Below, one piece after another: positions 59,041-64,000 of a stretch of 64,000 nucleotides of DNA. The DNA is from Eledone cirrhosa (taxonomy: Eukaryota), in the NCBI GenBank assembly GCA_964016885.1, contig OZ024740.1, positions 415,462,001 through 415,526,000 on the forward strand, read 5' to 3'. Numbering within the stretch: the first letter of the stretch is position 1; each line of letters starts with the position of its first letter. The position numbers and the translations under genes are program-made. A model generated the notes under the pieces. That model worked only from the letters and a program-made list of their open reading frames with translations, did not search any database and was not told the DNA's origin.

Positions 59041-62000
59041 GTTGTGTATGGGGGAAGACAGTGAATCAGATATAGAGTGTAAGAGAGAACACTGTGGGTA
59101 TGGACATATGTTGTGTATGGGGGATGACAGTGAATCAGATATAGAGTTTAAGAGAGAACACTGTGGGTATGGACATATGTTGTGTATGGGGGATGACAGT
59201 GAATCAGATATAGTGTGTAAGAGAGAACACTGTGGGTATGGACATATGTTGTGTATGGGGATGACAGTGAATCAGATATAGTGTGTAAGAGAGAACACTG
59301 TGGGTATGGACATATGTTGTGTATGGGGGATGACAGTGAATAAGATATAGTGTGTAAGAGAGAACACTCTGGGTATGGACATATGTTGTGTATTGAGGAT
59401 GACAGTAAATCAGATATAGAGTGTAAGAGAGAACACTGTGTGTATGGACATATGTTGTGTATGGGAGATGACAGTAAATCAGATATAGTGTGTAAGAGAG
59501 AACACTGTGGGTATGGACATATGTTGTGTATGGGGGATGACAGTGAAAAAGATATAGTGTGTAAGAGAGAACACTGTGGGTATGGACATATGTTGTGTAT
59601 GGGGGAAGACAGTGAATCAGATATAGTGTGTAAGAGTGAACACTGTGGGTATGGATATATGTTGTTTTTGTGGGATGACAGTGAATCAGATATAGTATGT
59701 AAGAGAGAACACTGTGGGTATGGACATATGTTGTGTATGGGGGATGACAGTGAATCAGATATAGTGTGTAAGAGAGAACACTGTGGGTATGGACATATGT
59801 TGTGTATGGGGGATGACAGTAAATCAGATATAGAGTGTAAGAGAGAACACTGTGGGTATGGACATATGTTGTGTATGGGGGATGACAGTGAATAACATAT
59901 AGTGTGTAAGAGAGAACACTGTGGGTATGGACATATGTTGTGTATGGGGGATGACAGTGAATCAGATATAGTGTGTAAGAGAGAACACTGTGGGTATGGA
60001 CATATGTTGTGTATGGGGGATGACAGTAAATCAGATATAGAGTGTAAGAGAGAACACTCTGGGTATGGACATATGTTGTGTATGGGGGATGACAGTGAAT
60101 AAGATATAGTGTGTAAGAGAGAACACTGTGGGTATGGACATATGTTGTGTATGGGGGATGACAGTGAATCAGATATAGTGTGTAAGAGAGAACACTGTGG
60201 GTATGGACATATGTTGTGTATGGGGGATGACAGTGAATCAGATATAGTGTGTAAGAGAGAACACTCTGGGTATGGACATATGTTGTGTATGGGGGAAGAC
60301 AGTGAATCAGATATAGTGTGTAAGAGAGAACACTGTGGGTATGGACATATGTTGTGTATGGGGGAAGACAGTGAATCAGATATAGAGTGTAAGAGAGAAC
60401 ACTGTGGGTATGGACATATGTTGTGTATGGGGGATGACAGTGAATCAGATATAGTGTGTAAGAGAGAACACTGTGGGTATGGACATATGTTGTGTATGGG
60501 GGATGACAGTGAATCAGATATAGTGTGTAAGAGAGAACACTGTGGGTATGGACATATGTTGTGTATGGGGGATGACAGTGAATCAGATATAGTGTGTAAG
60601 AGAGAACACTGTGGGTATGGACATATGTTGTGTATGGGAGATGACAGTGAATCAGATATAGTGTGTAAGAGAGAACACTGTGGGTATGGACATATGTTGT
60701 GTATGGGGGATGACAGTGAATCAGATATAGTGTGTAAGAGAGAACACTGTGGGTATGGACATATGTTGTGTATGGGGGATGACAGTGAATCAAATATAGT
60801 GTGTAAGAGAGAACACTGTGGGTATGGACATATGTTGTGTATGGGGGATGACAGTGAATCAGATATAGTGTGTAAGAGAGAACACTGTGGGTATGGACAT
60901 ATGTTGTGTATGGGGGATGACAGTGAATCAGATATAGTGTGTAAGAGAGAACACTGTGGGTGTGGACATATGTTGTGTATGGGGGATGACAGTGAATCAG
61001 ATATAGTGTGTAAGAGAGAACACTGTGGGTATGGACATATGTTGTGTATGGGGGATGACAGTGAATCAGATATAGTGTGTAAGAGAGAACACTGTGGGTA
61101 TGGACATATGTTGTGTATGGGGGATGACAGTGAATCAGATATAGTATGTAAGAGAGAACACTGTGGGTATGGACATATGTTGTGTATGGGGGATGACAGT
61201 GAATCAGATATAGTGTGTAAGAGAGAACACTGTGGGTATGGACATATGTTGTGTATGGGGGATGACAGTAAATCAGATATAGAGTGTAAGAGAGAACACT
61301 GTGGGTATGGACATATGTTGTGCATGATGGATGACAGTGAATCAGATATAGTGTCTAAGAGAGAACACTGTGGGTATGGACATATGTTGTGTATGGGGGA
61401 TGACAGTGAATCACATATAGTGTGTAAGAGAGAACACTGTGGGTATGGACATATGTTGTGTATGGGGGATGACAGTGAATCAGATATAGTGTGTAAGAGA
61501 GAACACTGTGGGTATGGACATATGTTGTGTATGGTGGTTGACAGTGAATCAGATATAGTGTGTAAGAGAGAACACTGTGGGTATGGACATATGTTGTGTA
61601 TGGGGGAAGACAGTGAATCAGATATAGAGTGTAAGAGAGAACACTGTGGGTATGGACATATGTTGTGCATGATGGATGACAGTGAATCAGATATAGTGTG
61701 TAAGAGAGAACACTGTGGGTATGGACATATGTTGTGTATGGGGGATGACAGTGAATCAGATATAGTGTGTAAGAGAGAACACTGTGGGTATGGACATATG
61801 TTGTGCATGATGGATGACAGTGAATCAGATATAGTGTGTAAGAGAGAGCACTGTGGGTATGGACATATGTTGTGTATGGGGGATGACAGTGAATCAGATA
61901 TAGTGTGTAAGAGAGAACACTGTGGGTATGGACATATGTTGTGTATGGGGGAAGACAGTGAATCAGATATAGTGTGTAAGAGAGAACACTGTGGGTATGG

Positions 62001-64000
62001 ACATATGTTGTGTATGGGGGATGACAATGAATCAGATATAGTGTGTAAGAGAGAACACTGTGGGTATGGACATATGTTGTGTATGGGGGATGACAGTAAA
62101 TCAGATATAGAGTGTAAGAGAGAACACTGTGGGTATGGACATATGTTGTGTATGGGGGATGACAGTGAATCAGATATAGTGTGTAAGAGAGAACACTGTG
62201 GGTATGGACATATGTTGTGTATGGGGGATGACAGTGAATCAGATATAGCGTGTAAGAGAGAACACTGTGGGTATGGACATATGTTGTGTATGGGGGATGA
62301 CAGTGAATCAGATATAGTGTGTAAGAGAGAACACTGTGGGTATGGACATATGTTGTGTATGGGGGAAGACAGTGAATCAGATATAGAGTGTAAGAGAGAA
62401 CACTGTGGGTATGGACATATGTTGTGTATGGGGGATGACAGTGAATCAGATATAGAGTTTAAGAGAGAACACTGTGGGTATGGACATATGTTGTGTATGG
62501 GGGATGACAGTGAATCAGATACAGTGTGTAAGAGAGAACACTGTGGGTATGGACATATGTTGTGTATGGGGGATGACAGTGAATCAGACATAGTGTGTAA
62601 GAGAGAACACTGTGGGTATGGACATATGTTGTGTATGGGGGATGACAGTGAATAAGATATAGTGTGTAAGAGAGAACACTCTGGGTATGGACATATGTTG
62701 TGTATTGGGGATGACAGTAAATCAGATATAGAGTGTAAGAGAGAACACTGTGTGTATGGACATATGTTGTGTATGGGGGATGACAGTAAATCAGATATAG
62801 TGTGTAAGAGAGAACACTGTGGGTATGGACATATGTTGTGTATGGGGGATGACAGTGAAAAAGATATAGTGTGTAAGAGAGAACACTGTGGGTATGGACA
62901 TATGTTGTGTATGGGGGAAGACAGTGAATCAGATATAGTGTGTAAGAGTGAACACTGTGGGTATGGATATATGTTGTTTTTGTGGGATGACAGTGAATCA
63001 GATATAGTATGTAAGAGAGAACACTGTGGGTATGGACATATGTTGTGTATGGGGGATGACAGTGAATCAGATATAGTGTGTAAGAGAGAACACTGTGGGT
63101 ATGGACATATGTTGTGTATGGGGGATGACAGTAAATCAGATATAGAGTGTAAGAGAGAACACTGTGGGTATGGACATATGTTGTGTATGGGGGATGACAG
63201 TGAATAACATATAGTGTGTAAGAGAGAACACTGTGGGTATGGACATATGTTGTGTATGGGGGATGACAGTGAATCAGATATAGTGTGTAAGAGAGAACAC
63301 TGTGGGTATGGACATATGTTGTGTATGGGGGATGACAGTAAATCAGATATAGAGTGTAAGAGAGAACACTCTGGGTATGGACATATGTTGTGTATGGGGG
63401 ATGACAGTGAATAAGATATAGTGTGTAAGAGAGAACACTGTGGGTATGGACATATGTTGTGTATGGGGGATGACAGTGAATCAGATATAGTGTGTAAGAG
63501 AGAACACTGTGGGTATGGACATATGTTGTGTATGGGGGATGACAGTGAATCAGATATAGTGTGTAAGAGAGAACACTCTGGGTATGGACATATGTTGTGT
63601 ATGGGGGAAGACAGTGAATCAGATATAGTGTGTAAGAGAGAACACTGTGGGTATGGACATATGTTGTGTATGGGGGAAGACAGTGAATCAGATATAGAGT
63701 GTAAGAGAGAACACTGTGGGTATGGACATATGTTGTGTATGGGGGATGACAGTGAATCAGATATAGTGTGTAAGAGAGAACACTGTGGGTATGGACATAT
63801 GTTGTGTATGGGGGATGACAGTGAATCAGATATAGTGTGTAAGAGAGAACACTGTGGGTATGGACATATGTTGTGTATGGGGGATGACAGTGAATCAGAT
63901 ATAGTGTGTAAGAGAGAACACTGTGGGTATGGACATATGTTGTGTATGGGAGATGACAGTGAATCAGATATAGTGTGTAAGAGAGAACACTGTGGGTATG
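58000..64000. repeat. Higher-order duplication, 3311-3312-bp period (48 monomers), truncated by the window end
   Basis: ORF starts 59350/62662 and 59902/63214; both copies contain the gttgtttttgtggg and gagtttaag variants. Confidence 0.85.

Larger units (their letters stand above)
1..64000. repeat. Tandem satellite array, 69-bp monomer, about 925 copies, single orientation, extends beyond both window ends
   Basis: The consensus agtgaatcagatatagtgtgtaagagagaacactgtgggtatggacatatgttgtgtatgggggatgac recurs every 69 bp throughout, most copies within 0-3 substitutions. The only non-monomer sequence is three 100-bp inserts. Confidence 0.99.

Noticed and set aside
7-62591. Minus-strand (SSPIHNICPYPQCSLLHTISDSL)n ORFs
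   Set aside because: This is a third open frame of the same 69-bp unit. Three overlapping open frames follow from unit length and composition and are not evidence of genes.
327-63414. Plus-strand Cys/His-rich ORFs, (CKREHCGYGHMLCMGDDSESDIV)n, resembling zinc-finger or metal-binding repeats
   Set aside because: The spacing does not match C2H2 or other zinc fingers I recognise. Nonsense alleles (tca to taa, gaa to taa) are frequent and amplified, most ORF starts are internal GTG codons, and there is no unique flanking coding sequence.
1-64000. CRISPR array (the 36+33 bp halves mimic repeat and spacer sizes)
   Set aside because: Both halves are conserved in every unit. There are no unique spacers, no leader and no cas genes.
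1-64000. Telomeric repeat or canonical G-quadruplex array
   Set aside because: There is no short telomere-type unit, and each 69 bp has only two runs of three or more G, separated by long loops.

Overview
The whole 64 kb window is one head-to-tail satellite array of about 925 copies of a 69-bp monomer (consensus agtgaatcagatatagtgtgtaagagagaacactgtgggtatggacatatgttgtgtatgggggatgac; 24 G, 21 A, 19 T, 5 C; no CpG), all in one orientation and running off both ends. I see no credible gene, RNA gene or CRISPR array. The ORF track reflects a 69-bp (23-codon) unit that is stop-free in three frames. The only foreign DNA is a 100-bp insert present three times (3961-4060, 36755-36854, 38440-38539). It resembles the 3' end of a non-LTR retroelement on the minus strand, and its empty target monomer survives three times elsewhere in the array. 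Variant monomers reveal nested 0.3-10 kb duplications, a young homogeneous core between related older blocks, a recurrent 54-bp deletion monomer, and an ancestral 36+33 bp dimer inside the monomer. It looks like eukaryotic satellite DNA (inference), but the organism cannot be identified from the sequence. I found no convincing novel protein-coding system; the interest lies in array evolution.
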